Source: Carcharhinus amblyrhynchos (taxonomy: Eukaryota). From it: a DNA stretch of 64,000 bases. Below, one piece after another: positions 33,361 to 46,493 of this stretch; positions within the stretch are counted from its first letter, which is position 1; every line of letters starts with the position of its first letter. The position numbers were made by a program, and so were the translations under genes. A model generated the notes under the pieces. That model was not told the origin of the DNA, did not search any database, and was given only the letters and a program-made list of their open reading frames with translations. The stretch is taken from contig OZ336876.1 of the NCBI GenBank assembly GCA_965287045.1, forward strand, positions 49,972,001-50,036,000. Direction: 5' to 3'.

Positions 33361-34391
33361 ACTGATCTAAATCAAGATTACATGACTGATGCCAATGAAA
33401 GACATTAAAATGCCATGTACTGAAACTATGTACAAAAAATTCAGATCCTCATACTTTGTCACTCAAATCTTGTGCCAACTGACATAGAATGTCTCTTATC
33501 TCACATTTTAGTTTTGGTATTCTACTAGGAATATTGAAAATTCATGTCAGCAATTCTTCAGATGCTGTAACTAATAATCTAAGGACTGAACAGAAGTAGA
33601 AAGAAGTATTTGTATTCACAATGAGTGCTTTAATTATTTATATTTGTTTATATAATGGGGTCATCCAGCAATTTGGCTTCAATTCAACATTTCTCCACCC
33701 AAAGTAATTCTGACTACCAGACATCCAGAAGTTGCCTTTTGCATGGTGGTGGTAGTTGCAAGGTTGGATGTAAATATTTTGTCCCATGAGGTAAATTGCT
33801 AGGCAACCTACGTTAATAGTGTGGCAGAGTCAACAATATCATGCTCTCTTTCAGATCAATTGCTACATGAGCTATAACTATATAATCCCACAATTCATAT
33901 GAATACTCATGGACAAAAATTATCATTACAGAGCCATAAAGACACTTAATGATTAATATAAATATTAAGGCATGATGGATTTCAAAAAGATTGTCATTCT
34001 GTTCTTAATGCTAATGAACAAATGATCCATGCCTCATAACTGGATTACATAAACTTACTGGTCCTGGTTCATCACCATCTCTTTTGCTTCAGTCCAGGAG
34101 ACACCCTGCTCTTGGTGGTCCATCGCCAGGTCTTCTTTGGTTGGTCCCATTTTTTCCTTCCATCTGGTGGTGTCCATTCTACTGTCGTTTAGGAAACCAA
34201 AGACATATCCTGCCAACCCCAGTCATGATGGCCCACAAGTGCCTCTGTCTCTTCTTCATTTTTGATGCTATCTCTCCATGTGGTACTCAGGATCTTACAT
34301 CGGTTACGCTGGGGAAAGTTGTCCATCTTACCAGACACCTTTGGTATTGTCTCACAGGCACAGATTGTGGTTGCTGCTACAACAGACATGA

Positions 34392-34590
34392 AGCCAACAA
34401 TTTTCTGGCCTCGCCGCATCTGACACACGTCATGCCAATCCTGAAAAACAGGTTTTGCAATTGTTCCGGTCCCTGGCTACTGGCACAAATCGAATCTCAC
34501 CCAAATAGGGCGTGAAGCAAATTAGCATATTTAAAGAGTTTTGTGCGGCAGGGGGGCACTTCAGACACATTTTTTGGGAAAATTCTGCCC
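34392..34590. mobile_element. MITE-like insertion in the RTE
   Basis: Ends ..caattttctgg / gggaaaattctgccc; breaks the RTE reading. Confidence 0.55.
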
Positions 34591-36202
34591 ATAGAGCACA
34601 GCTTCACAGCTGTGTTTTATGGTATTAGATGCCCAAGCCATGAAGGAAGACTGATGCTGCTTTGCTGATTCTGTATGGACTTTGATTATTTCTACATTAG
34701 TCTCTCTGGAGATGGTGCTTCCCAGATAGGGGAAGTGGTCAATGTCCTTGATATTCTGTTGCCCAATGGTGATGGAAGGGCCTTGTTGTTTTGTTTCCTC
34801 ACAGTTGCTCCACAAATTAACCTTGATGCTGCTGCTCTTGACATTATTGGTCATGACTTGGATTACGCATGATTCTCTGGTCAACAAGGTAATGCTATCT
34901 GCGACATTTGTGCATCAAACGGTGATGTTGACAGCAGATTCAAAACTCTGCACCCACCTTCAGCTTCCTCATGATGAAAAGGAATGGGGAGAGTATGCAG
35001 CCTTGCCGCACTCCCGTGATAATGCTGAATGAGCCATAGTCCCCATGGGGGTCTTGATGCAGCAGCTATGAGGTTCTGAAGATGTTAATAACTGCTCCCG
35101 GATGCTGCACTGTCCTGCGATGTACCACAGTGGTTGCTGATGGACACGCTCAAAAGCTTTTTTGAAATAAATGAAGTTGATATCAAGTAGCAATATTCTA
35201 GGCTCTGTTCAATGATGTTCCAGCTATTTGGAAACCTGCTAGGTCTTCACGAAGGATACTATATATTTTTGCTTTCAATCTGTTGAAGAGTACCACATTG
35301 AAGAGCTTGCCAGGTACTGACATCAGAGTTATGTCCCTCCAGATGTTGCAGGCACAGAGGTTCCCTTTCTTTGATAGCTTGATGATTATTCCTCCCCTCC
35401 AGTCATCTGAGATGTTCTCCATAGACCAAATCTTGTTGAACAGATCCATTATGATGGTTTGCTTGCCATCTTCCAATAGCTTTACTGATATCGCGTCAGT
35501 TGAGGTAACTTGCTGTTCTTCAGGCTCTTGCTGGCTCTTCAGATCTCTGACCTTGTAATTTCTCCCAGGTTGACATTCAGCTGCTGAGCTGTCATCAAAC
35601 TCAAACATGGAGCTGGGTTTGGGATGAGGATCTCTTGAAAGTTTCCACCCACCTCGCTTCTTGCTCCCTATCCTTCAACTGCATCCTGTTCCTCTGTTGC
35701 AAATGGCCATTGTGACTTTGTGTTTGTTGTCTTCTTCAGCTTTAGGTTGATCTTGCTGAACACAAGGTGGTGGCTCAATCCCACATCAGCACCTCAGCAC
35801 CTTGTTGGGATGTCCTCCATTTGATGCTGATGCATATATAATCAATTTTATTCTGGGTGTAACCTGCTGGAGACCTCCATGTCTTTTTATGCATGTCCTC
35901 ATGTTTCCAATGCTGCTGTTGCAGAAGGTGAGGAGATACTCACCATTTCCACCGAGCATACTTGCTGATCTATGGGATCCTGCCTCCGTTTGGTCCTTGC
36001 TAGTTGCCTTTGCATTGAGGTCACCGTTTGGTAGCTTGATATCGCAGCAGGGTGCTTCATCCAGTGTGACCTGCAATTATTGGTTGAGCTCATCTTTCTC
36101 CGTGTTTGCCTACTGGTGCATAAATTGCATGATAGTGACTTTGGTGTGCCTTGTGTGGGATCTGGTGATACTGATGCAATGGTTTACTGGCTTCTACCCA
36201 AC

Positions 36203-36470
36203 CTGGCACAATGGTTAGCACTGCTGCCTCACAGTGCCAGGGACCTGGGTTTGATTCTCGGCTTGAGTAACTGTCTGTGTGGAGTTTGCACGTTCTGTGT
36301 GGGTTTCTTCCAGGTGCTCCGGTTTCATCCCTCAGTCCAAAAACGTGCTGGTTAGGTACACTGGCCATGCTAAATTCTCCCTCAGGATACTTGTGGCGAC
36401 TAGGGGGTTTTCACAGTAACTTCATTGCAGTTGTAAACCTACTTGTGACACTAATAAATAAACTTTAAAC
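36203..36470 (+). mobile_element. V-SINE, alternative-tail subfamily, inserted in the RTE endonuclease region
   Basis: tggcacaatggttagcactgctgcc..tacttgtgacactaataaataaac. Confidence 0.85.
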
Positions 36471-37019
36471 TAATGCTTGCGCTGAGCATCTTTTGAGTAT
36501 AAGGCCAACTCCATGGTTGTGGTGTTCTTCTGGTCCATAGTAAAGAATCATTGCACCCTCACCATTGATTTGTCCTTATCTTGTCTACAGTATCTCACTG
36601 AGGCCTAAGATGTCAAATCGACAAATTCTCAACCTGGGACATCTTCCCCCATGGGAAGAGTATTCGGATGTTCCAGCTGCTGATCCTGGTGATAGTTTTG
36701 ATGTTGAAAATTGGATTTGTCATGGATCGGACTTCCTTTCAGCTTTTATCCAGTCCCAACATACGTATATCTTCAGATTTGCTGGCCTTTATTTGCCTCC
36801 GTTTGCTGGTATGGTTACTTCCTGGTGTTTCTGCAGGTGGAGAATATTTCATCACATTCCTGATCTGTACCTTGTAGCTGGCGAACAGTCTTTGGGGAGT
36901 CAAGAAGTGACTTATTTGCTGCAAAATTCCCAGCCTTTGACCTGCTCTGGTAGTCACAGTGTTTATATGGCTGGTCCAGTTCACTTTCTGGTCACTGGTG
37001 ACCCCCCGGAAGTTGGCAA

Positions 37020-39450
37020 TGGAGGAACACCAAGAAGTAAGAGATGATGAAGACGTACCATCACTTAATTTCACATTCAAAGCCATAAGCTCAGATGCTG
37101 ACATAGCTTGCATCTTAGAGGGTAAATCAGGAACACGATCTGCTTGAGTTGAGACACCCAGCATTAGTGCGATGTAAGCAAACCATGAGGATACGGCAGG
37201 TGCCAGATCATTGAGGGTAAGGTCGCACACAGTTTTTGCTACAGAGGACTCAGGTGAAGACCTGGAGCAACCTACAGAAAAGCACTGAAGGTATGCAAAG
37301 CAAAATGCTTAGTGCATTGTGAAATCTGCCAGAACGCCTATGCTTAATGTCAAGGAGCACAGATGAATTGAACATTTAACTCCATACAGAGCTTTTACAA
37401 AGACCTTAAAGTCCATCATTTCCAAGTATGCAAGTAATGGCCAGCTCTACACCTTTGGACCCAAACATAATCTGTATTTGATAGGACCTCAGACTGCTGA
37501 CATGCAAGTTTAGCTTGCTGCCACTCAAGTTTATACTACAGCCATCATGGCTGTGGATCAGTCTCTAAAAGGGTGCATGGTATCATAGCAGTCTAGCTAT
37601 AGATGAATGTACGAATTAGGAGTCAGTAATTTGACCATTTCAGCCTACTCTGCAATTCATAAACAGCATGGCTGATCTGATTATGGCCTCACCTGATAAC
37701 TTCGACCCTCTTGTTAGTCAAGAATCTATCTATCTCTGCCTTAGAATTATTTAATGAGCCTGCCACCATTGTGCTCTGATGCCCTCCAACAAATTACTCG
37801 AATTACTGGGGGAGTGACAGTGGCTGTGTGGATCATAAAGCTGCTGAAGAACACAGCATTCGTCCTCTCACTCTAACATTACTGTGCCTTTTGCCTGTCA
37901 GCCAGCCAGCCTCTGACAAGATACTGCAGCCTTAACTGGGCCTACCAGCTCCAAAGTTGCTCAAGGTCATCCTTCAAAGTCATCTTCAGTCACCCCCACT
38001 GAAAGCCATCAACTTTCTTTTTTCTTATTCCATTCTTAAAGTTACAAAGCTGACACACAGAGTGGACCAGGCAAGCCCGAATCCATCTCCTTGTTGGCTC
38101 CACAATCCAAATTCAAATTGAATCCCATTTATAATCCCCACAAGGGAGACATGCAAGATCCCAGCTGACACTGTACCTGACCTTGGGCTTGATCTGATGC
38201 TGGATCTTAACAAAATGCTGAGAAACAAAAGAATCTTCAGCTCATCCATGCCTGCCACAAGACAGCTTATCATCTATTGTGGTGGGATTCTAGCCTGGAA
38301 CCCCACATTGCTCAAGATTTGTGGTTTACCTGTTCAGTAACCAAATCCACTCCACCACACGATGACCTCAGCCATTACTATGTAGGAGCACCAGGACAGT
38401 AACACACATGGAAGACAGACACCAGGGGAATGCAGAGTGATGATTAATTGACTTTTGTGCACGATATGGTATCATTTCACTTATAAATAATGCTGCATTT
38501 TTTAGGTTGGTTCTTATTCATTTTTGCACTGGGGTCAAGCAGATGCTATGATGGTCAGTAGAGAGGGAAGGTAAGCTGCAGGAATATCGGTGAGTAAAGA
38601 GTTGGATTTGCAGTAACTGGTATTGTACTCAATACAGTGGCTGTCTAAGTTGCCTCCTTCCTTTCTCTTCCTCCTCTTCCTCTTCATGCCCTCATCTGCT
38701 CACTGTACATGTTGGTGAGGTTGTGTAGCAGGCAGCAGGCAACCAAGAATCTTGACAGCCATTCTACAGAGTGCTGTATGGCTCCTCCAGCATGGGCCAG
38801 GTGGCAGAGGTATTGTTTCAACACACCAATGATCTTCTCTGTTACATTTCCTGTGGCAGCATTACTTTCACTTGCATGTTGTGTGTGTGTGAGTGAGTTC
38901 TGTGCCAGTCATCAGGCATCTTTCAGCAGAAAGCCCTTATGTAACAAAATTACATTTAGCCACTAGATGGAGATAAAGTTACATATTTTGACTGGTGAGG
39001 TAACAAAAGTTTTTTTAAAATCATGCATCCTGTTGCAACAAGGAAGGGCTTAAAAAAGTCACGTTTTAGTATTCTAAGAGATGTCTCTAAAACTGCTGGT
39101 CCAACACTGAAGTCACTGTTCTTATTCCTGCAGGGAAGTGGGGTGGGATGTACATAGGTGGGAGGGGAGTGCTGAGAGCGCTGGGGGTGAAGTGGTGGTC
39201 GCTGGGGGGAGGGGCGAAAAAGTGACTGTCGTGGTAACAAGTTCAAACTTTAAACTGTTACATTGCTATAGTAGAGGTTCAGAAAATTCTGTTTTTCACC
39301 TTACAACTCTCTGCACCTCTGCTATACAACGCGCTGCTACTGGAGTGGTGCAGAAATCTTCCGATTTCCGCATCAGTCTCCCAGTTGTTGGCGAGTGAAG
39401 GGAAAGCAGGAGAAAAGTGGGCTGGGTGGGGTGGGAGTGGAAAAACGGAA
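37020..39450 (-). mobile_element. Decayed PIF/Harbinger transposon (transposase C-terminus at about 38660-38940)
   Basis: The minus strand reads ESNAATGNVTEKIIGVLKQYLCHLAHAGGAIQHSVEWLSRFLVACCLLHNL followed by an acidic run, typical of a HARBI1/Harbinger transposase C-terminus. Outer limits are uncertain. Confidence 0.75.
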
Positions 39451-42404
39451 TGTGTTGAAAATATATCAAATTTGTAATCACTCCGCATGCTTTTCTTAGA
39501 TTAGATTTACTTCCTGATATCCTAGATAGGATATGACTGGCAGTTTTATTGATGTTACACATAGTAACTATATAAATAACAATGCAAAAACACTATGATA
39601 TAAAGAATGATTTCACATAGTCAAGCAGGTAAGAATTCCTCTGGTTACAGTGTGTGTGAAAAATCAATTATAAGTACATTTGCATGCACTATTTCAAGTG
39701 GAAATCATAGGTACAAATTATAATGATCCACTTACCATTTCTCTCAACAAAGGAAATCTTCACTAAACTTCACTAATGGCCTGAGAAATTTTCATTAATC
39801 GTTTGAAGTTTGGGAAGTGATCATGGATTTAATAGAATCACACAGAACTAAAATTCATCACTTAATCAACATCCTTGGAAATAGTCCAAAGGCTTGGGGA
39901 ATATAAAGGTCATGTAACCAACCAGTTAGCAGTGTGAATTTCCTGAGGTTAAGATTCATGTAATGTCAACGCCTTGTGGAGAATGCTCTACATTGTTTCG
40001 GAGCAATGTCATTATCAATCAGGGAGTGCTTGTTACTCTTAATGGAAGTTGGCAGTGTGGGAAAAAAATTCCACTGACAAATATTCCTTACCATGAAATT
40101 TCCAAAATCCCCTGAAAGCTCATGGAAGAGACGGCCTATTCTACAGATGGCCCCACTTCTGCTAACTTTCCAAATTTTTTTTCCCTCATCCTGCTCTTTT
40201 TCAACTCATCAGTCTTTTTTTCCTCTTTCCTGAAGATGTTGACCCTTCCTGAGCTACACTGATTTGAGTCTATCCAGAGAGCTCAGCAGGTTTCTTGACA
40301 ATAACAGTGGTGAATGTCACCACCACAAAGCTGTATCCTACCCTCATCAACTCACAAATACATGTCTCCAGATTGTGATCAGAAGTGGGAGCCATGATTC
40401 ATCCTTCCCTCCTGAACCCTGATGGGATCACCTAACACTTCGTCAGTAGCAGGCTGAACCTTTCTGATCCGTTTTGGCTCAACTTTTCTTTGGTAAACTT
40501 GCTGAACCATCCAGGGAGACCAATTCTACCCATTGAGTAATTCCATTCTACATTAGGGGTTAATTCCACAAGCCCAACCTATTTCAAGATGCTCTTGGTA
40601 CAAAACAGCACTCCATGGGAGCACTGTTCAGGAAATGATGGGGCATCGCTGCTTAGGTTATGGATGTGATTTTCTGATTAAAGTTTCCTATGATAGGCAT
40701 TCAATACTTGGAGCAAGGGGCTAGGGTATCACTTTATTGGATCTTAACCAATACCTGCTGCCATTATGTTCAATCATTCAGTCAGTGACAAAAAATGGTT
40801 TCCTTAGGAACAAGATTATGACATCATTAAGGCATCTCAGGGCAACAACCAATCAGAAATGTCCTGATAACACACACAGGAATTTGTGCGATTACTCTAT
40901 GCACCCCTGCTTTATGCACTGGGTGACAAAATTATTCACTGAAACAAAGTAACCCAGTAGTGTAATGGTTTAGACACTGTACCTCAGTCTGGGGGAGGGG
41001 GTGAAGGTTCCCACTTCGGGGAAAATATGATATTCTTTCCATCTCACCCCACGGTAAGAGTGCTTCCTCTTGGCTAAGCAATGGAGTGGCATTCAAGTGA
41101 GAAGCATCAGTGGGGTCTGCAGCCTTTTTACTCACCCTCCTAGCGTGAGAAGAATGCATGGAGGTGAGAGACTAAAGTGAAGGAATAAGAAGACAAAAAC
41201 AGGAAAAATATAAGTAAATGAAAAGAACACCCATTATGGAACGGGGACAACATTAATAAATTTGCGGTGTTTCTTACCTACAATCAAAATAAATATATAC
41301 TAACATAACTAGAAATTCTACCATTGTGACATCACCTTTTTGGCCTGCATTGGTCAGTAGTCAATCAAACAACAAACTAAACTACCGTCACCCTGTTTCA
41401 GTCTGATCTGCGGAGAAGCCTCCATCATGTTCTTTTGAAAGTTCTGAACCAATGTGCCATGTACCCTTTCACCTGATCTTTCACTCATAGTTTTGTTCAT
41501 TTGGTTAAGATGTAGAACAGAATAGCTTTTTCTAACATTTCTGTAATTCTGTTGCAACATTTTAAGGAACTGTTGCATGCACCGAGTTAGGCTCTCTGTT
41601 GACCACCAAGATGAAGCTTGTACTGTTGTAGAAACTTTCCCTGGTCGTGTGGGGGTTAGTGGGGGTGATGGAGGGGGAACGAGTGAAGCAACCAAATGAA
41701 GCAGCTGGTGCCTTTTTCTGATGCAAGCTGGTCTCATACCAGTTCACCGTGAGATCTATATGTTTGCTAAGCACAGCATTATAACATAATTTTTTGGGGA
41801 CTAATCCTCCTTTCTTATAATGGATCATACCTGCTTACCAAGATGGTGGTGGCATAAGTGATAATCATCTATTGACTGATTATCAATCTCTGTCCAGGAA
41901 GAAAGTAATGTGTGTAATCGCTAGAGACCACATTAAGACATGCAATTTAAGTTAAAAATTGTTTTATTTTATTTAAGAATGCCATCCATTGATACAGATA
42001 CCTTGTGTTAGCGTATCACCTCTGTAACACCGACCGCCTCACCTCTGACAATGTATATATTGAGTCCGACAGTAACAAAGAAATCATGCCAAAGATCCCA
42101 GCTGATTACACAATCTTTCCATGATTTCTAATGTAAAGGTCTGATCGCTTCAATTTTCCAACTTTAACAAAAATCAAAAAGTTGCTTTGTTTGCATTCTC
42201 ACTTATTACTAAATATCTTCACCCTATTTCAGTCTGACCTGCAAAGAAATACTTAATACCTTTTTATATTAAAGTGGGCAGCAATAAAGTACTGTTTTTA
42301 CTATGCAATATCTTTCATGATAATCAAGGTAAAAATATGCCAAAGTGTGAAACATTTGTATTGCACCAGCTTATTATTGTCCCTTCAGCAGAGCTACCAC
42401 ATTT

Positions 42405-43290
42405 TGCCTGCAACCTGTTTCGTCGTTGAGTGACTTGGGCTCCAGGAAGATATAGACAGAATGGTCAAATGGGCAGATAAATAACAGATGGAATTTAACA
42501 CTGAAAAATGTGAGGTGTTACACTTTGGAAGGAGTACTTTGATAAGGAAGGATTCAATGAATGGCATGCGGAATAAAGGGACCTTGGCATATTTATCCAT
42601 AGATCTCTGAAGGCGGAAGAGCACGTTAGTGGGGTTGTTAAAAAGGCATATGGGACACTTGCCTTTATTAATCGAGGCATAGATTACAAGAGCAGGGAAG
42701 CTGTGCTGGAGTTGTATAGAAAATTGGTGCAAGAGGTCTATGTGCAGTTCTGGTCACCACATTATTGGAAGGATGTGATTGCACTAGAGGAGGTGCAGAG
42801 GCATTCAACAGGATGCCGCCTGGGATGGAACATTTGAGTTATAAAGATAGGTTATGTAGGCTTGGGTTGTTTTTGTTGGAGGAAAGAAAACTGAAGAGTA
42901 ATCTAATCGAGGTATACAAAATTATAAGGGACATAGACAGGGTGGATAAGTAGTAGCTGTTCCCCTTGGTTGAAGGGTCAGTCATGAGGGGACACAGGTT
43001 CAAGGTGAGGGACAGGAGGTTTTGGGGTGGAGGGGGGTGGAGAGGGATACAAGGAAAACCTCCTTTACCCAGAGGGTGATGATCTGGAATGCACTGCTTG
43101 GGAGGGTGGTACAGGCGGATTGTTTCATGTCCTTTAAAAGGTACCTGGATGAACACTTGGCACATCATAACATTCAAGGCTATGGGTCAAATGTTGGTAA
43201 ATGGGATTAGGTAGGTCAGGTGTGTCTAATGTGTTGCAGCAGACGCAATGGGCCAAAGGGCCTCTTCTGCACTGTGTGATTCTGTAATAG
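42405..43290 (+). mobile_element. CR1/HER1 LINE 3' part
   Basis: QEDIDRMVKWADK, VQFWSPH, RMPPGMEHLSYKDRL..LIEVYKII, FTQRV..WNAL, and tail gggccaaagggcctcttctgcactg. Confidence 0.88.
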
Positions 43291-43829
43291 TGGTAGATTG
43301 TCCTGCTGACCACAAAATGGATTCTGTGCTGTTGGTGTATGAGCATGTGTGTGTCCACGTCCGTGTGCATAAAGTCAATAATGGCTTGAGCACATGACCT
43401 ATGTGGGTAAAACCAATCACAACAAAGCCTATGAATTAGGCAGTTAAGTTTGGATAAATACAAAGGGATTAGTCAGAATTCTCAATGAGAAGGGGATCGA
43501 TTTCTGCGCTTGTGCAATGCATGGGGAGTCTTACTTGCCAGCCATGCATGTTAGAAATTACAGGAATGCTTTCCAAGATTTCTCAATCTGTACAGCAAGT
43601 GGAGTTGGCAAACTGAAACAGCATAAATTTGGAAGACCTATGACAGCACTTTACCAAATAAATATTTTGGGAAATATTCTAGAAAATATTCTTTTAAGTG
43701 CTACAATACAACTCTGAAACAACTGAACTGATCACAAATGTCTCTTCTTCCTTGTCCAGTCTCTTCATTGTGCAAGTCTTCTGATATCCTCCAACACTTC
43801 CCTGGCTTTGTAAACTTTTCATTATGGAT

Positions 43830-44672
43830 GTCTAATATTGCTACACTTCCATCCACATCTACCTTTGTCCACCTGACTGAACTTGCTCTCACATTGAACA
43901 ACTTTCCTTTGACTCCACTTACTCACTTCCAAGTGAAATAAATGTGTTGCAATCAGAATATGTATGGCTCCTAGCTATGCCTGACTTTTTTGGCATACGT
44001 GGAATATTTTTTGTTCCAGTCCTACTCAGGTGCCCAGTACCATTTCTTTCTCAAGTACATTATGTCAGTGTGGTTTCTGCCTCTCACCCTGAACTGAAAA
44101 AAATCATTAACTTTTGCTTCAAATGTCCATCCTTCCCTCATTATCAGATGGTCCTTTATCAGCCTTCCATGACTTCATTCTTGTCATTTCTGGAAACAGG
44201 CTGTCAACAAAGATTCACTATGAGCCCAGTCACCGCCACAGCTATCCTGTCCTTCCTCCCACCTCTCTTCCTAGAAGGGATTCTGTTCCATTCTCCCTGT
44301 ACCTCCATCTCCTTGACATCTGTTCTGACATTATCCTCCATACCTGTGCTTCAGATATGCCTTCCTTAATTCTCAAGCAAGAAATTCACTCCACCTTGGC
44401 TGGCAAGACCCACGGCTGTTCTACTTCATGCACATCAGTTTCCACCCCTCCCCCAGCCCTATGTTCTCACCTCACCTGGCTCCATTTCTATTGGTGTTCC
44501 CTCTTCAATGGGACACTGACACACAGTATATCTTCTCCCACCTCGCTAGTCAAAATCTGAACCATAAACTCTGCTTCTTTCTCCACAGATGCTGTCAGAC
44601 CTTACTTAGTATTTCCCGCATTTCGTTTTTTCAATTTAGATCTCCAGCCTCTGAGGCATTTAGCTTTCTGTA
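43830..44672 (+). mobile_element. Penelope-like element remnant (RT plus terminal repeat)
   Basis: LTELALTLNNF..HFQ..VA..MAPSYA (PLE RT), ISGNRLSTKIHYEP, then the ctccacagatgctg terminal repeat at 44560-44670. Confidence 0.8.
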
Positions 44673-45254
44673 ACCCTTTTTCATCTTGTTGCCATATCTG
44701 AGACCTGCAATAATGGTGAGTGAGATAGAGCTGGTTTTCTGGCTCTAACCTACCAGTGGGAAGCTTTGCTGGCAGTGCGGATCAGAAGTTGAAGCCATTT
44801 TTCTGATGAGTAATTGGAAATCATGGGTGGCACACACCGGAATTTCTAACCTGCACATCTGGCAGACAAGGCTCCCCATTGCCAGGGAAGATTCATAACA
44901 TCCCCTTCCACCACTCATGTGTCACAACTGCATGGAGTAATGAGAGTAAAGATGGCAGGGAAATCTGTTTAAAAGCTACTCCAAGTGCTCAGTTCTAACA
45001 AATCCGTTCCTATTTCCGAATCCCTGACTCTCAGCATGATATAAACATCAGTTATTTGACCTAACCTTTTCCTGTCTAATAGAAATGAATTCTTGGTCAG
45101 GCTTTGTGTTGAGGGATTAGCATTAATATGTGAGTGAGCAGAGGTAAAATAGCTCGTGAAAATATTTAACCATAGGGTCGAAGCTACATAGGCTTACCTC
45201 CAAGAATATTCTGGTGGGTAGGCCTTGTGGTCTCTCTTTTCCTGACACTTTATG

Positions 45255-45530
45255 GGGTGGTATGTGGCACAGTGGTTAGCACTGCTGCCTTACAGCACCA
45301 GGGACCTGGGTTCAATTCCTGGCTTGAGTCACTGTCTGTGCAGAGTTTGTATGCTCTGTGTGTGTTTCCTCCAGTGCTCCAGTTTCCTCCCACAGTCTAA
45401 AAGACATGCTGGTTAGGTGCACTGGCCATGTTAAATTCTCCCTCAGTGTATCTGAACAGGTGACTGGGGATTTTCACAGTAACTTCATTGCATTGTTAAT
45501 GTAAGCCTACTTGTGACACAAATAAATAGT
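45255..45530 (+). mobile_element. V-SINE, alternative-tail subfamily
   Basis: Full head, V-domain and ..tacttgtgacacaaataaat tail. Confidence 0.85.
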
Positions 45531-45584
45531 AACCCTTGCCCTTCAAACTTTCCCCCCATCCTCTCACCAGAGCCTCCCGGTAAA

Positions 45585-45906
45585 GGGGCGGCACAGTATC
45601 ACAACGGTTAGCACAGCGCCAGGGACCCGGGTTCAATTCCGGCCTCAGGTCACTTACTGTATGCAGTTTGCATATTCTCCCCATGTCTGCGTGGGTTTCC
45701 TCTGCGTCCTCCAGTTTTCTCCACAGTCCAGTACAAAGGTATGCGGGTTAGGGTGACTGGCCATGCTAAATTGACATGCTAAATCAGGGGGATTAACAGG
45801 GTATAAATATGTGGGGTTACAGGAATTAGGCTTGGGTGGGTTTGTGATTGGTGCAAACTTGATGGGCCGAATGGCCTCCTTCAGTACTGTAGGGATTCTA
45901 TGATTC
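45585..45906 (+). mobile_element. HE1-type V-SINE (CR1 tail)
   Basis: Head ggggcggcacagt.. and tail gatgggccgaatggcctccttcagtactgtagggattctatgattcta. Confidence 0.85.
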
Positions 45907-46363
45907 TAAACTTGCCCCAATTACCTGTTTTCAGGGCTCCATTATCGATCCTTAGTATAGGCTACATCGCAGTGCCAGGAATGGACACTGCTCCCTGTGG
46001 CACTGCCAAGACTTGAAAACTGACTGCCTCAATTGGCTGGCAGTACTTGGGAGAAATTCACACCAGGATATCTGAGGGGAGGTGGGGAAGAAAACTTTCA
46101 TTCGCAGGAGATGGGAAGCCCAATAGCAGGGCAGGTAAGTACCCAAGTTGGACATAATCCTGTTGGGCCTTCCTAAAGTTGCCGTGCTGAGTTGCCACTA
46201 GTTTTCCAGCTGATGGATGGGCTCTCCACATGACCACTAAATTCAGCGCACAGTTTCATACTGAGAGCAGGAGGAATCTTAGGGGAGTTTTGGCTGGGAA
46301 AAGAGGAATGCTGCAGAGACAACTGAACCAATGGCATCAATCTTCATGACAAAGAGCACAATG

Positions 46364-46476
46364 GTTGGGATTTTTCAGTCCCGCTCTCAGTGTGCATCAG
46401 CACAGGCATAGCCAGAAAATTTGGAGAGTGGTAAAAGTCAGTTGATCGCTGCTGGCAGGATCAGAAAATCCTGCCC
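46364..46476. mobile_element. About 110-bp MITE
   Basis: Terminal inverted repeats ggttgggattttt / aaaatcctgccc. Confidence 0.6.
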
Positions 46477-46493
46477 AATTAGTTCCTTGCATT

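Larger units (their letters stand above)
34050..36800 (-). mobile_element. Near full-length decayed RTE-clade LINE (AP endonuclease + RT), interrupted by a MITE and a SINE
   Basis: SWNIR, DILGLSE, HGVGLIL and GDLNAK (endonuclease). CNIWRDITLMSVPGKLF, ILREDLAGF, FKKAF and FPYLGSTI (RT). Many stops and frameshifts. Confidence 0.88.

Noticed and set aside
40952-41025. tRNA gene
   Set aside because: Only an A-box-like start, with no cloverleaf or intact T-loop. All other tRNA-like motifs in the window are SINE heads.
41694-41741. WYETSLHQKKAPAASF resembles human exon 6 GWESSLRQRPMPRLTF
   Set aside because: Similarity is confined to about 14 aa, the flanks do not align, and there are no fitting splice sites. 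Probably chance.
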